Shown: positions 1 to 9,406 of the stretch, piece by piece
Position numbering within the stretch: the stretch's first letter is position 1
How the letters are laid out: every line of letters starts with the position of its first letter
Source: Pyrinomonadaceae bacterium
Lineage (GTDB): Bacteria > Acidobacteriota > Blastocatellia > Pyrinomonadales > Pyrinomonadaceae
Assembly: GCA_046313635.1 (NCBI GenBank)
Contig: JBKBYA010000014.1
Location: 11,318-75,317 of the forward strand
DNA length: 64,000 nt
Direction of reading: 5' to 3'
The notes under the pieces: generated by a model
Seen by the model: only the letters and a program-made list of their open reading frames with translations
The model's database searches: none
Told to the model about the DNA's origin: nothing
Position numbers and translations under genes: made by a program

Positions 1-199
1 AACTCGTCAACCCACTCTCGGGCCGCGTCGGTCCGAGGCGTGAGCATCATCACCGAGCCGTCGTCGTAGAGGTCGAAATCAGTCGTTGTTGTTGTCGTCA
101 TTGTCGTCGATGACCGTCAGGTCTCTGAGACGCCACTCGGCCACCATCGCCGAAGAGAACGTCTCGCGGACATCGTTGTATTCGTTTTCAGTCATACGT

Positions 200-505
200 T
201 CACACTCGAAAGCACTTGCCTTGTTTCGGATCTCCGCCGGACGGATACATCCACAGGAACCGGACGCGTTCGACCGCAAATACGTCGTAACGCGGGTCGG
301 CGATGAGCGTCTGACGCCATCGCCGCCATTTGTTGGCGATACGCCTGGCCATCCTGACGGACATTCGCCGAGCGTGGTAAACGCCGGCGAATATCACCTC
401 ACCCTGCGAACCCGTACCAAAGACCTGGTACTCGGTATCGCTGCGGGATGGTGGAGCGTACTTCTCACGAAGTTCGTTAAGCCGTGATCGTTGCTGTCGA
501 TTCAT
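200..505 (-). CDS. hypothetical early protein
   Basis: 101-aa ORF in a tightly packed leftward gene run; ATG overlaps the upstream stop. Confidence 0.55.
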   Translation of the reverse strand: MNRQQRSRLNELREKYAPPSRSDTEYQVFGTGSQGEVIFAGVYHARRMSVRMARRIANKWRRWRQTLIADPRYDVFAVERVRFLWMYPSGGDPKQGKCFRV

Positions 506-669
506 AATCCTTGTTCACGCCGGAATTTTGCGGCTCGGCGGAGAAATCGTCTGAGAGCCCGCGAGACCAGACGGCTGTACCGCCGCTCTCGCGGGATCCC
601 ATCGTAGGTATAGTTGCGGTAGACGTACATCCACAGATCGTACGACTGCGTCAGCAGTTTGATTGTCAT
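502..669 (-). CDS. small basic hypothetical protein (MTIKLLTQ...)
   Basis: In-frame ATG at 669 within ORF 502..714; stop overlaps next start. Confidence 0.5.
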   Translation of the reverse strand: MTIKLLTQSYDLWMYVYRNYTYDGIPRERRYSRLVSRALRRFLRRAAKFRREQGL

Positions 670-679
670 AGGCCGATCG

Positions 680-808
680 TCAGAACCGAATGTACGGACG
701 CGACAGGAAGACAAAACCTCGTCTCGTCGGCACGGTCACCCCGGGGTGATTTCGTCGGATGCGACGCCCCCAGCGGCGTCGGATGCGTTTCGGAAGTCGT
801 CGTATCAT
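680..808 (-). CDS. small Arg-rich hypothetical protein (MIRRLPKRIRRRWGRRIRR..., 42 aa)
   Basis: Translated by hand; start overlaps the stop of 805..1158 (ATGA coupling). Confidence 0.4.
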   Translation of the reverse strand: MIRRLPKRIRRRWGRRIRRNHPGVTVPTRRGFVFLSRPYIRF

Positions 809-1158
809 GATTCGTCGTCCTCGTCATCTTCGTACTCGGTGGCGAACTCGTCGTACTCGGCCTGGACATCCGAGCACGAACCGGAATGAAAGGCGAGCTC
901 GGCCTGTGAACGCAGCTCGACCAGATCGAACAGTGGGCTGCATTCCCCGCAGACCAGAAACCCGCCGTCGCTGCTGTCGCCGATGATGTAGACCTCATCA
1001 TCCGACGGATCGGGATACATGTCGAAGCGAAACTCGGAGCACAGCTCTTGATTGCCACCGGTTATGTCCCCGACGAAGAGTGACGTAGCGGTCTCGAAAA
1101 AGAACGCACGGTAGCCGCCGGCGTTCCAGCGTCGTAGGAATCTAAGTTTCAAGCTCAT
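805..1158 (-). CDS. hypothetical protein with acidic C-terminus
   Basis: 117-aa ORF abutting neighbours. Confidence 0.65.
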   Translation of the reverse strand: MSLKLRFLRRWNAGGYRAFFFETATSLFVGDITGGNQELCSEFRFDMYPDPSDDEVYIIGDSSDGGFLVCGECSPLFDLVELRSQAELAFHSGSCSDVQAEYDEFATEYEDDEDDES

Positions 1159-1159
1159 A

Positions 1160-2053
1160 TCAGTCAGCCTGCCGGTAGTTGCCGATCACCGTCGGCGGAT
1201 CAGTTCTACGGTCGATGACGATCGCATCCATGTGCGGCTTCGCGTGTCCGCTGAATGATCCGGTCAAGTTGGCCGTCGCGGAGCCGTACGCCTCGACCTT
1301 CGCGGAGTTGTACGCCTCGACCGTTGTGGAGCCGTACGCCTCGACCGTTGTGGAGCCGTACGCCTTAACGGTCGCGGAGTCGTGCACCTTAACGGTCGCG
1401 GAATCGCTCGCCTCGACCGTCGCGGAGTCGTACGCCACGACCGTCGCGGAGCCGTACGCCTCGACCTTCGCGGAGTTGTACGCCTCGACCGTTGTGGAGC
1501 CGTACGCCTCGACCTTCGCGGAGTCGTACGCCCTGACCGTCGCGTGGCCGGAAGCCGAAACCCTGGCGTAGCCGTACGCCTTAACGGTCGCGGAGTCGTG
1601 CACCTTAACGGTCGCGGAATCGCTCGCCTCGACCTTCGCGGAGTTGTACGCCCTGACCGTCGCGTGGCCGGAAGCCGAAACCCTGGCGTAGCCGTACGCC
1701 ACCCCGCGGCCGCTGTCGAGCCGATGCTCGCCGGAGTAAAAGATATTCAGAACGACCAGCTCGTCACGAGTCAGTTTGCGGACGAGACGGACGCGGCGGC
1801 AAACGATCTTGTCGTCGCTGCACACGACCGACTCGCCATCGTACTCGGCCTCGTAACAATCGGCGTCGCGATCCCACCAGAGGACAGGCTCGCTGGTTAG
1901 GTGGAAGCCCTGAGAGCACGGAACAAGTTCGCCGTCGAAACTGTGCCAGTCGCCGGGCGTCCACGTCCCGTCGTCGTTCTGCGTCGGCAGATCGTACTCA
2001 AATTCGCCGCCGTGGAACGAGCGGCCGGCGATCAATGTTTTGTAGAATTTCAT
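1160..2053 (-). CDS. phage protein with conserved N-domain (..C..GFH..) and C-terminal 8-aa beta-solenoid repeats (AYGSATVE-type)
   Basis: Probable start MKFYKTL at 2053, overlapping the upstream stop; many tandem 8-aa repeats. Confidence 0.8.
   Translation of the reverse strand: MKFYKTLIAGRSFHGGEFEYDLPTQNDDGTWTPGDWHSFDGELVPCSQGFHLTSEPVLWWDRDADCYEAEYDGESVVCSDDKIVCRRVRLVRKLTRDELVVLNIFYSGEHRLDSGRGVAYGYARVSASGHATVRAYNSAKVEASDSATVKVHDSATVKAYGYARVSASGHATVRAYDSAKVEAYGSTTVEAYNSAKVEAYGSATVVAYDSATVEASDSATVKVHDSATVKAYGSTTVEAYGSTTVEAYNSAKVEAYGSATANLTGSFSGHAKPHMDAIVIDRRTDPPTVIGNYRQAD
1270..1700. repeat. coding tandem repeat, 24-nt unit with a higher-order 120-bp duplication
   Basis: gccgtacgcctcgacc-type units; block 1531-1580 recurs at 1651-1700. 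Confidence 0.9.
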
Positions 2054-2295
2054 ACAATTACCTTGTCGCAGCGTTCGAGGATGTAGGCTTGGTGTATGTG
2101 TCGCTGATTTTTCATCCATTCGACAGCCTCTTCTTTGGTGTCGAACCATTTGTGCTCCTTGGCCCGAGCGATCTGATCGTGTGATGTCAAACGGTCGCTG
2201 TACCCGAGACTCACAAAATCGATCGACACCACGACGTAGCGGACGACGATCCCGTCGTTAAGCTCGTCTTTGAGATACCGAAGGTCGTCTTTCAT
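2050..2295 (-). CDS. hypothetical protein
   Basis: 81-aa ORF, ATGA-coupled on both sides. Confidence 0.65.
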   Translation of the reverse strand: MKDDLRYLKDELNDGIVVRYVVVSIDFVSLGYSDRLTSHDQIARAKEHKWFDTKEEAVEWMKNQRHIHQAYILERCDKVIV

Positions 2296-2633
2296 CGAGC
2301 GTAAACCCCCGTTCTGGTGACGGCGTGTCCGAAGTTGCGTAGGCGAAGGACGGCGGCCTCGACCAACGAGAGCTTGCCGAGATACCGAACGCCCTTAAAG
2401 GTCGGAACGGGCGGTACGCCCGCACGCGTATTGACCGAATAGCCGGCCGGCACGGCCCGCCGCGGGAGAGTGGCCCGAAGTTCGTCGAGACCGGCCTGGA
2501 TGCCGTCGAGGATGCACGCGGGCACACGCCGCGGAGGATTGATGCGAACACGCGGATCGCCTGGAAACAGGCGTCGTCGCCGCGGCCGCTGCGTATGGCG
2601 GCCGATGATCTTGATGCGGTTGCGATTGTACAT
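2292..2633 (-). CDS. hypothetical basic protein
   Basis: 113-aa ORF with AGGAG upstream on the minus strand. Confidence 0.6.
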   Translation of the reverse strand: MYNRNRIKIIGRHTQRPRRRRLFPGDPRVRINPPRRVPACILDGIQAGLDELRATLPRRAVPAGYSVNTRAGVPPVPTFKGVRYLGKLSLVEAAVLRLRNFGHAVTRTGVYAR

Positions 2634-2872
2634 ATATGGTCGATCTCCTTGTCAGTATCGTCCGGCGTATCGCCGGCGTGGTCATGCCGAACTTTTCATT
2701 CGGGCGGGAATGCGACGCTCACGCCAGAATCGGATCATTTGCGGCGTCCAGCCTCGGTCGGTCAGTACGACCTCGGCCCTTCTGGTCTCGTCGGTCTCGT
2801 CGTCGCCGCGGCCTTCGAGCGTCAACATCGCACAAAACTTTTCGACGTCGAGGCTGTTTACGATCTGCGATC

Positions 2873-3283
2873 TCATTTGATGCCGCACCCACCGGCGTCT
2901 CGGTCGCCGATGGGATCCGGCGAAATCCAGTAGTTCGGCTCTTTTTCGAATCCGCGGGAATCGGCCGAAAATTCGATCTGGTAATATGGACGGTCTCTTT
3001 CGTCGACGAACCGCTTTATCGACAGCTCGGCCCCAGGACTGTCCGGAGAATAGCCTTCGAACTGTCCGGTCTTTCCGCCGTCCCCAAATTCAGCGATACC
3101 GCCGGATATGTGAATATCCGCGAGTCGCTTCGGCAACTCGTCGACTTCCCAGATCGCGTAGACACGCTTTTCGGAAAGCAGGTCTATCGCCGCCTGGTAA
3201 CAATCGGTCGTCGTCACCTCAGGACAAACATTGGCGAGCTCGTACAGTTGATGCAGAGCAGCCTCAACATTTATTTGATTCAT
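2873..3283 (-). CDS. hypothetical protein (MNQINVEAAL...)
   Basis: Internal ATG at 3283 with GAGG RBS inside ORF 2873..3454. Confidence 0.65.
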   Translation of the reverse strand: MNQINVEAALHQLYELANVCPEVTTTDCYQAAIDLLSEKRVYAIWEVDELPKRLADIHISGGIAEFGDGGKTGQFEGYSPDSPGAELSIKRFVDERDRPYYQIEFSADSRGFEKEPNYWISPDPIGDRDAGGCGIK

Positions 3284-3293
3284 ATTCAGCCTC

Positions 3294-3614
3294 TCAGTGG
3301 AAAAGTCCCAACGCGACGCGTGCGTCCGCGTCCCAATGCTCCGGAGTCTCAGATTCCAGCTTGTACGCGTACTCGACCGCCTCGTCGTCGTCGTCGTCGA
3401 AGTAGCAAACGACCTCGTAATAAGTCCCGAAGTCGTGCGGATACGATCTGACACTCAGCGACGCCGAGCAGGGCTCGTCGCCGAATTGACGGCGAAGCTG
3501 GTCGATGAATACGCGGCACTCTCTGCGAGCACGCTCGTAGTAGTCGTCGGAGCCGACCTGGGCACAATCCTCAGCGGTCGGCGACGGGCCGATGTCGACG
3601 TAATCTCTCATCAT
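3294..3614 (-). CDS. conserved phage hypothetical (IGPSP..EDCAQVG...HDFGTYYEV)
   Basis: ATG at 3614 after AAAGG RBS; motif pattern recalled from phage/plasmid early proteins. Confidence 0.75.
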   Translation of the reverse strand: MMRDYVDIGPSPTAEDCAQVGSDDYYERARRECRVFIDQLRRQFGDEPCSASLSVRSYPHDFGTYYEVVCYFDDDDDEAVEYAYKLESETPEHWDADARVALGLFH

Positions 3615-3624
3615 CCTTTCCCCC

Positions 3625-3861
3625 TTAGCGGCCGCTGAGTGCGGCGAGCTGATGAAGTGCCTCGGCCTCGCGTTGAGCCTGAAATCGGCGTATGCCGAAC
3701 GGATCCTCAGTGCCGAACAAAGCACGGCGTACCGATGCTTCGGTCACCGCGGGCTGATCCGGCCTGGTGCTGTAAGAAGTCTTTGCCTCACGCTCGGCGA
3801 GAAATGCCGGAACGTCGTCACGCGGTATGCGTTTTACCGCTCTAAGTGCGTTTTTGAGCAT
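3625..3861 (-). CDS. hypothetical protein
   Basis: 78-aa ORF in the leftward run. Confidence 0.55.
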   Translation of the reverse strand: MLKNALRAVKRIPRDDVPAFLAEREAKTSYSTRPDQPAVTEASVRRALFGTEDPFGIRRFQAQREAEALHQLAALSGR

Positions 3862-3880
3862 AATGGTCAGTTATTGGTCG

Positions 3881-4063
3881 TCAGTTGTCCTGTGGTGCCG
3901 AACAATCGTTATGCAGCTCGACGAACGCCGCGACCGTCTCTTCAGCACGCTTGACGTCGTGCCACACGTTCCCGATACGCTCGCACTCGCCGCAGTTACG
4001 GCATTTGAGCAGACAAGTGCCCGCGTTCGTGATTTTGGTCTCGATATGCTTTGCCGCTTTCAT
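3881..4063 (-). CDS. small Zn-finger-like protein (CRNCG)
   Basis: 60-aa ORF with CxxC, coupled to the upstream stop. Confidence 0.55.
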   Translation of the reverse strand: MKAAKHIETKITNAGTCLLKCRNCGECERIGNVWHDVKRAEETVAAFVELHNDCSAPQDN

Positions 4064-4308
4064 TGCGATTTACCGACGCGGCTTTTGCACGGCGTCGCGG
4101 CGTACTCGATCGACACGGCGGCGTCTACTACACGGGCCGCACAATCGAGACAAACATCGACGGTCTCAGAAAAATCCGGTGCGACCGACGCGTCACACAG
4201 TTCGACGGTGCATCGGGCTTCGCCGGAACAACCGCCGAGCTCGCATATTGTCCTTGGCATATATGGTTCCTCGTACTTGATTTTGGGTTTGTGCAAGTGC
4301 GATTGCAC
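4060..4308 (-). CDS. small Cys-rich hypothetical protein
   Basis: C..GGC and CLDC motifs; true start may be the MPRTIC ATG. Confidence 0.5.
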   Translation of the reverse strand: MQSHLHKPKIKYEEPYMPRTICELGGCSGEARCTVELCDASVAPDFSETVDVCLDCAARVVDAAVSIEYAATPCKSRVGKSQ

Positions 4309-4364
4309 ACGAAAAGGCCTTGCCGGATAGCAAGGCCTTTGAAGTCTACAATCGTTCGGGATGC

Positions 4365-4955
4365 TTAGGCAGTCGCGGTCGCGGTTTTTTCAAGCTTCGC
4401 GGCGACCTTTACCTTGCGACCGTCCTTTTTGACAATCGTCGAAACTTCGGGCTTCACGTAAGGATTAGCTACGCGATTAACCATCCTGGCCGCGGACTTG
4501 ATGACAATCGCAAGGTCGGACGCCGACAAGTTGACACCGGAGATCTCGGCACTATTCCAGCCAAAAGCAGGCTGAAACGTGCTCTTGATACGCTTGGACA
4601 GCGACCGGATACGCTCGGCACGTTCTGCTTTGTTGAACGTAACCTTTGAGTAAATCGCATCGCCCGCCTTGTCTTCGCCCGTCTTCACGTAGCGATAAGC
4701 CAGAATCTGCTCAATATCCGCCCGCTCGGCCAAAGTTTCGCACAATGTCTCAAAACTTACCGAACTTCCGTTGTGCAGAAGGTTTCGACGGTATTCGCGA
4801 ATGAACCCGAGGGCAGATTGGACGTAAAGTCGGGTTGAAAGTCCGCCTTGCTTGTTGAACGAAAGGCGACCTAAAAGATGCACGTTTCCGTTTTTGTCCG
4901 CCTTGATTGAATCAAACGTTCGGACAATCTGATTAACCATTTGCTGATTGTTCAT
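4365..4955 (-). CDS. hypothetical early protein
   Basis: 196-aa ORF with GGAG RBS; lower GC than the backbone. Confidence 0.75.
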   Translation of the reverse strand: MNNQQMVNQIVRTFDSIKADKNGNVHLLGRLSFNKQGGLSTRLYVQSALGFIREYRRNLLHNGSSVSFETLCETLAERADIEQILAYRYVKTGEDKAGDAIYSKVTFNKAERAERIRSLSKRIKSTFQPAFGWNSAEISGVNLSASDLAIVIKSAARMVNRVANPYVKPEVSTIVKKDGRKVKVAAKLEKTATATA

Positions 4956-5137
4956 AGATTTAGCTCCAAGTTAGTTTCACTGTCCTTAGACAGTTCAGAG
5001 TATTCGCTCTGAATACAGGACACAATTGCATTGTGTCCTGGCTTTCAAAGCAAATCTTTAGAGTCATAATTCCCTTTTTTGTGCTGACCTTACTCGGCTA
5101 ATCAACCAGATTGGGGTACAGCGGGAATATGACCGTG

Positions 5138-5431
5138 TTAGCTACAAAAGGCAGATTCTAGCGAATCAAAGGCGTAGCTACATTCTGGACAAACTGCTAC
5201 ACGTCCGTGGCCTTTGCGTAAAACCTTGATTAGGCCTTGCGTTTTTTTCTGGCTTAGCCAATGTTTACAGCGTGGACACTCGACGCGTTTTGGTAACAGG
5301 GCATCATTAATGCGATAGCCTTGCTTAGTGTATTGATAACTCGTAGCTCTACGGTAGTAGCTGGAAGCCTGACCGCGGTTACGTGCACCGTACAATTCAA
5401 CGTGTCGATATGCAGACGTGAGTTTGTTCAT
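5138..5431 (-). CDS. small Zn-ribbon protein (CPRC...CPEC), first gene of the leftward early transcript
   Basis: Two CxxC motifs; directly downstream of the promoter at 5555-5583. Confidence 0.65.
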   Translation of the reverse strand: MNKLTSAYRHVELYGARNRGQASSYYRRATSYQYTKQGYRINDALLPKRVECPRCKHWLSQKKTQGLIKVLRKGHGRVAVCPECSYAFDSLESAFCS

Positions 5432-5554
5432 TGTTTTAGGACAAGCATTCCTTCGTTCGCATTTGGCTTTGCTGTCGCAATCTCACGCGAGCGGACAGTT
5501 AGCAAAGCAAGGCGTTTGAAGGTTTGTTGTCAATCGCTCTCGTCGAGCATTTAT

Positions 5555-5583
5555 AATCTATCGCAAAACTCATATTGTGTCAA
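5555..5583 (-). promoter_or_regulatory. sigma70-type promoter for leftward early genes
   Basis: Minus strand TTGACA-17 nt-TAGATT. Confidence 0.8.
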
Positions 5584-6705
5584 GTGCCAAATACATTCGT
5601 TGTTCTGATGTGTTATTTATCGAGCGACTAGCTATCTATCGAAGCAATGCCCGTTATGCAGCCGCCCGAGCATTGCAGACGTGCGAGAGATGATCACCAG
5701 ATGGCCATCCCGTATTGTGTAGCCTTGCAGCATACTCACGTGTACGCGACTGATCCGTCGAGTAGTCGGTCGATTCAACGTCCAACAGCTCAGACATCCC
5801 GTGTGAACGTAAGGGATATTATCGGACGCGGTGCTACTTTGTCCGTAAACTATTGATTCTAAAAAACATATCCCTATGCCCGCATATTTTGGCCGCGTGG
5901 TTCGGTTCGGCACTTAATGTCCGCAAAAATCCGCACTCACGGGCCGTTTTCGGGTCGATCCGAGGGGCGTTTTGACCGGCGTGGGCATCGGCCTGACGGC
6001 CTTTTCCCTCCCCTGCAGCGGGTAGATCCGGCTCGAGCCTCAGACTGGAGATCTGGGTGAGGAACGACGGGACGACCGACCAAAAACGCACGGCCTGACG
6101 GCCGGCTTCTCCCTTCCCACAGCGGCCGTTCGAGTCGGTCAGGTGACAAACACACAAACGGCAGCCGGAGGGTCTCCACAAAGCAACATGTGTGTGTCAT
6201 GTGACAGCTTTCGGCCAAAAATTTTCGGAAAATTTCCCGTTCACGGGGCCGCGGGGGAGCCCGCCGGGGGACCCAGGTCCGCAGATCATAAAAAAACATG
6301 AAAATTCGCTGTCGGGAAGTGAGTTTCCGGCTATTTTCGAGAGCGGATTTTCGTTGTGGCACGCGGATTGCGATTAGAGGAATATTATATAATAACTTAG
6401 TACTCCATCAAGGTTTAGTAGTTATTAAATAACCTGGGTAATCCGTCAAGATTAATTACACAGGTTTTTTATCTCTTGTTTTCTGTTGTGTTGGTAACCA
6501 AGAGAGAGACCTACTTATTGAATCAAAGGGCCGCACGTCGAAATTTTGACCTTCGATCTCATGACCTCGGCGGGAGCCGCCGCGGGGAGTTATCCAGCCT
6601 GGACTTTTACACTTGACATAGACTTTACACCTGGTTTATCATTGGCTCCGGATCGAATTGGAGCCCAGCTCACGACGATCCGGTGCGAAAAGATAGATTC
6701 ACGAG

Positions 6706-6734
6706 TTAGCAATTCTGTTTGTCTGTGGTACAAT
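6706..6734 (+). promoter_or_regulatory. putative rightward promoter for the lysis/packaging operon
   Basis: TTAGCA-17 nt-TACAAT with extended TG. Confidence 0.45.
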
Positions 6735-6805
6735 GGAAATAGGGCTGATTCCCGCCTGGCCCGAGACCGACCTAAAGTCTCATCGATTTACACGGACGAA
6801 CCTCA

Positions 6806-7108
6806 GTGGACACTTATCGCGAAGGCCTGCGGCGTTTGGCTCGAAAGGTGATCATCGAATCACTTCTCGATTACGTCAAGGCTCACAAAACTCTGGCCCG
6901 GCCTAATGCCTCGCCGCAGATGAGGCAGAACGCCGCAGACATCCAGGCCGATGTGAAGAGCTTCTTCAACGGCCGGGAGTCGGACCCCTGGTTTGAGCTG
7001 TCCGGATACAACCGCGAATGGTTGTTCGCGAACTTCGTAAACCTTGCGTCCGATCCGCAGCGGATGATCGACGCGGCCAAGATCCGACTAAGCGACACCG
7101 AACAATGA
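6806..7108 (+). CDS. hypothetical protein
   Basis: 100-aa ORF (GTG start) heading the rightward operon. Confidence 0.65.
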   Translation: MDTYREGLRRLARKVIIESLLDYVKAHKTLARPNASPQMRQNAADIQADVKSFFNGRESDPWFELSGYNREWLFANFVNLASDPQRMIDAAKIRLSDTEQ

Positions 7109-7536
7109 ACGAAACCGAGAAGATCGAAACAGGCTCCGCCCAAAAACCGGCGAGGTGGATCGTACGCCACTTTGGGCTCAATCGGGCTGCCCGCCGCCAT
7201 TACCAGCGTGTTGCCCGGACGAACGCCCCGGGCTCCAAGGCGAACCTCGACGCCCGTCGCTATCTGGACCTCACGCCGCAGAACCAGCCGATCCGGAAGA
7301 TTCTGATCGACGACCGTGCGACGTACCTGTTCGAGCCGCAGTTCTTCGCCGGACAGAAGGCCTACCGCGAGGCGTTCAACCGGCGACTGGCCGAGATCGC
7401 CGCTCTGCCCGAGGAAGAACGTACGAATGCAGAGAACCTGACCGGTGTCGGCAATCCCTTCATGGTCGCGTCCAAGGCCTTTTTCGAGGCGATCTCCGCG
7501 TTTCTCAAGAACCAGACGGCCGAAGCAAATGGCTAA
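7105..7536 (+). CDS. hypothetical protein (MNETEKIETG...)
   Basis: ATG at 7105 overlaps the upstream stop. Confidence 0.65.
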   Translation: MNETEKIETGSAQKPARWIVRHFGLNRAARRHYQRVARTNAPGSKANLDARRYLDLTPQNQPIRKILIDDRATYLFEPQFFAGQKAYREAFNRRLAEIAALPEEERTNAENLTGVGNPFMVASKAFFEAISAFLKNQTAEANG

Positions 7537-8704
7537 ATTCGACCTAAATCCTCGATCGGACCGCAGGACCGGCCTCCGGCTGATCGATTACTTCGACGCG
7601 GCGGAGCATCTCGGCGTCCCGGTCGCATACGTTCGTGCGGTCGACGCTGTCGAGTCGGCCGGGTCCGGCTTTTTGCCGTCCGGACGGCCGAAGATGCTGT
7701 TCGAGGGGCACATCTTTCACGAGCTGACCGGCGGCAAGTTCTCGAGGAACTTCCCGACCATCTCGTACCCGAGATGGACAAAGCAGTTCTACAAGGGCGG
7801 AGAGGCCGAGTACAGACGTCTCGAGATGGCGATGGACCTCGATCCGGCTGCGGCTCTCAAATCGGCGAGCTGGGGCCGGTTCCAGATCCTCGGTCGGCAC
7901 CACGGTGCCTGCGGGTACGCGTTGGTCGAGTCCTTTGTCGCGTCAATGTTCGACTCGGAGTCGAATCATCTCGACGCGTTCGTCGATTTTGTCGAGGCGG
8001 CGGGTCTTGACGACGAGCTGCAACGTGCCGACTGGGCTGGTTTTGCCCGCGGCTACAACGGCCCGGCCTACCGCCGCAACCAGTACGACGTCAAACTCGC
8101 CAACGCCGCCAAGAAATTCTCCAAGATCTATCTCGCGGACAAGCCTGGGGTCACGACCGCCAAGGTCGACGATGTCCTCAAGGCCGACTGCGTGTCAGCG
8201 GACGTCCCGTGCGGCAACACGTCGCTTGACGACCGCTATTTAACAGTTTCCCTGCCCGTTGAAACAGACACGACGGAAGATGACGGTCTTGCAACAAAAC
8301 CCGTCAGTAAACCTGCCTCTATCCCTCCGACTGTTTCATCCGAAACCAGCACTTCAAACTCCACGCTTGCGGATCACGCTGGATCTTCTGCTTCACCGGA
8401 GGGGGCCGAGCCCTCGAGCCCGGCCCTCACGGAACGTCTCAACGGGACATTGGAAAGGGTCAGCCGCGTTCAGGACAAGATCGACGCCGTCAACGGTGTC
8501 GTTTCGCGTGTGAACGGGTCGACCAAATCGCTACTCACCATGATATGGGGACACATCGTCCAGATCTTTTGGATGGTGCTGACCTTTTTTGCCGCCATCC
8601 CGCTGAAGTACTGGGCCGTCGGTGCCCTGATCTTTGCGGCGTTGTGCGTGGTCTACATTTACCGACAGACCGTCCTCGACAGACTTCGGCTGATCTCGTC
8701 CTGA
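7529..8704 (+). CDS. endolysin, N-acetylmuramidase (DUF3380/Muraidase-like), with Ser/Thr/Pro linker and C-terminal hydrophobic helices
   Basis: AV..VES.G.GF, RPK.LFE.H.F, SASWG.FQI.G and W..FA..YNGP.Y..N.YD.KL motifs; start MAKFDL at 7529. Confidence 0.9.
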   Translation: MAKFDLNPRSDRRTGLRLIDYFDAAEHLGVPVAYVRAVDAVESAGSGFLPSGRPKMLFEGHIFHELTGGKFSRNFPTISYPRWTKQFYKGGEAEYRRLEMAMDLDPAAALKSASWGRFQILGRHHGACGYALVESFVASMFDSESNHLDAFVDFVEAAGLDDELQRADWAGFARGYNGPAYRRNQYDVKLANAAKKFSKIYLADKPGVTTAKVDDVLKADCVSADVPCGNTSLDDRYLTVSLPVETDTTEDDGLATKPVSKPASIPPTVSSETSTSNSTLADHAGSSASPEGAEPSSPALTERLNGTLERVSRVQDKIDAVNGVVSRVNGSTKSLLTMIWGHIVQIFWMVLTFFAAIPLKYWAVGALIFAALCVVYIYRQTVLDRLRLISS

Positions 8705-8733
8705 CCGGCCGACGACTCGTGACTTCCCCGGCC

Positions 8734-9024
8734 ATGAGCTTTTCACAACCTTCACCCGCCGCTTCCACCCCGACCATGTCACTTATCACCCCACACGACG
8801 GCTACGCGTATTTCGGAGGAATGTTCGCGACCGCAACGACCGGTTTTTTTGCCGGGCTCGAGCCCGTCGCGGCCGCCGGCGTCTCGGTGATCCTGCCGGC
8901 GTTGGTACTGCTCGTCGTAAACCTGCCCAAGTTCCTCCGGGAACTTTTACTGCTTTACCGTGAATACAAACGAAACCCCGACAACGACACTCGGCCGACT
9001 GAGAGAACTGGCGACGACGCGTGA
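8734..9024 (+). CDS. putative holin
   Basis: Small protein after the endolysin; hydrophobic segments, charged C-terminus, two possible Met starts. Confidence 0.55.
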   Translation: MSFSQPSPAASTPTMSLITPHDGYAYFGGMFATATTGFFAGLEPVAAAGVSVILPALVLLVVNLPKFLRELLLLYREYKRNPDNDTRPTERTGDDA

Positions 9025-9406
9025 TGTGGTACGTGCCACACTCTTTGCGGCGGTTCTTGTGGCCGTAATTGTTGTCTTTGCGTGGTGTACCGCTCCGGAC
9101 GACATAGACGGGCCTGAGGCAGTCGTCATAGAGACCCGGGCCGAGGACCTGCACCGAGGCAGCCGCGAGGAACTCGCCGCCGCCGACCGTGCGGCCGAGG
9201 AGTCGAAGCGGATCGAGATCGAACGCGAACAGGCCAGGACATCGCTCGCCGACGCCCGCGGACGGGCCGGGACGAGAGCCGCCGAAAGGCGTCGACTGGA
9301 GAGAGAATATGAAGAGATTCGCCGTAAGAATGTTGTTGTCGATGACGCTGATCTTGACGATCGCGAGCGTCGGCTACTCGCAAGACTCCGCGAGCTCCAG
9401 CCCTGA
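8960..9406 (+). CDS. putative inner-membrane spanin (Rz-like)
   Basis: N-terminal TM (TLFAAVLVAVIVVFAW) then coiled coil; in the lysis cassette. Confidence 0.55.
   Translation: MNTNETPTTTLGRLRELATTRDVVRATLFAAVLVAVIVVFAWCTAPDDIDGPEAVVIETRAEDLHRGSREELAAADRAAEESKRIEIEREQARTSLADARGRAGTRAAERRRLEREYEEIRRKNVVVDDADLDDRERRLLARLRELQP

Noticed and set aside
1270..1700. CRISPR-like array
   Set aside because: Repeats are contiguous in-frame 24-nt coding units with no unique spacers; no cas genes.
4970..5005. Hammerhead ribozyme (CUGA...stem...GAAAC on the minus strand)
   Set aside because: The core lacks the required CUGANGA spacing, and no matching stems I/III were found.
6120..6145. tRNA suggested by a T-arm-like GGCCG TTCGAGT CGGTC
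   Set aside because: No acceptor stem, anticodon arm or CCA in context.
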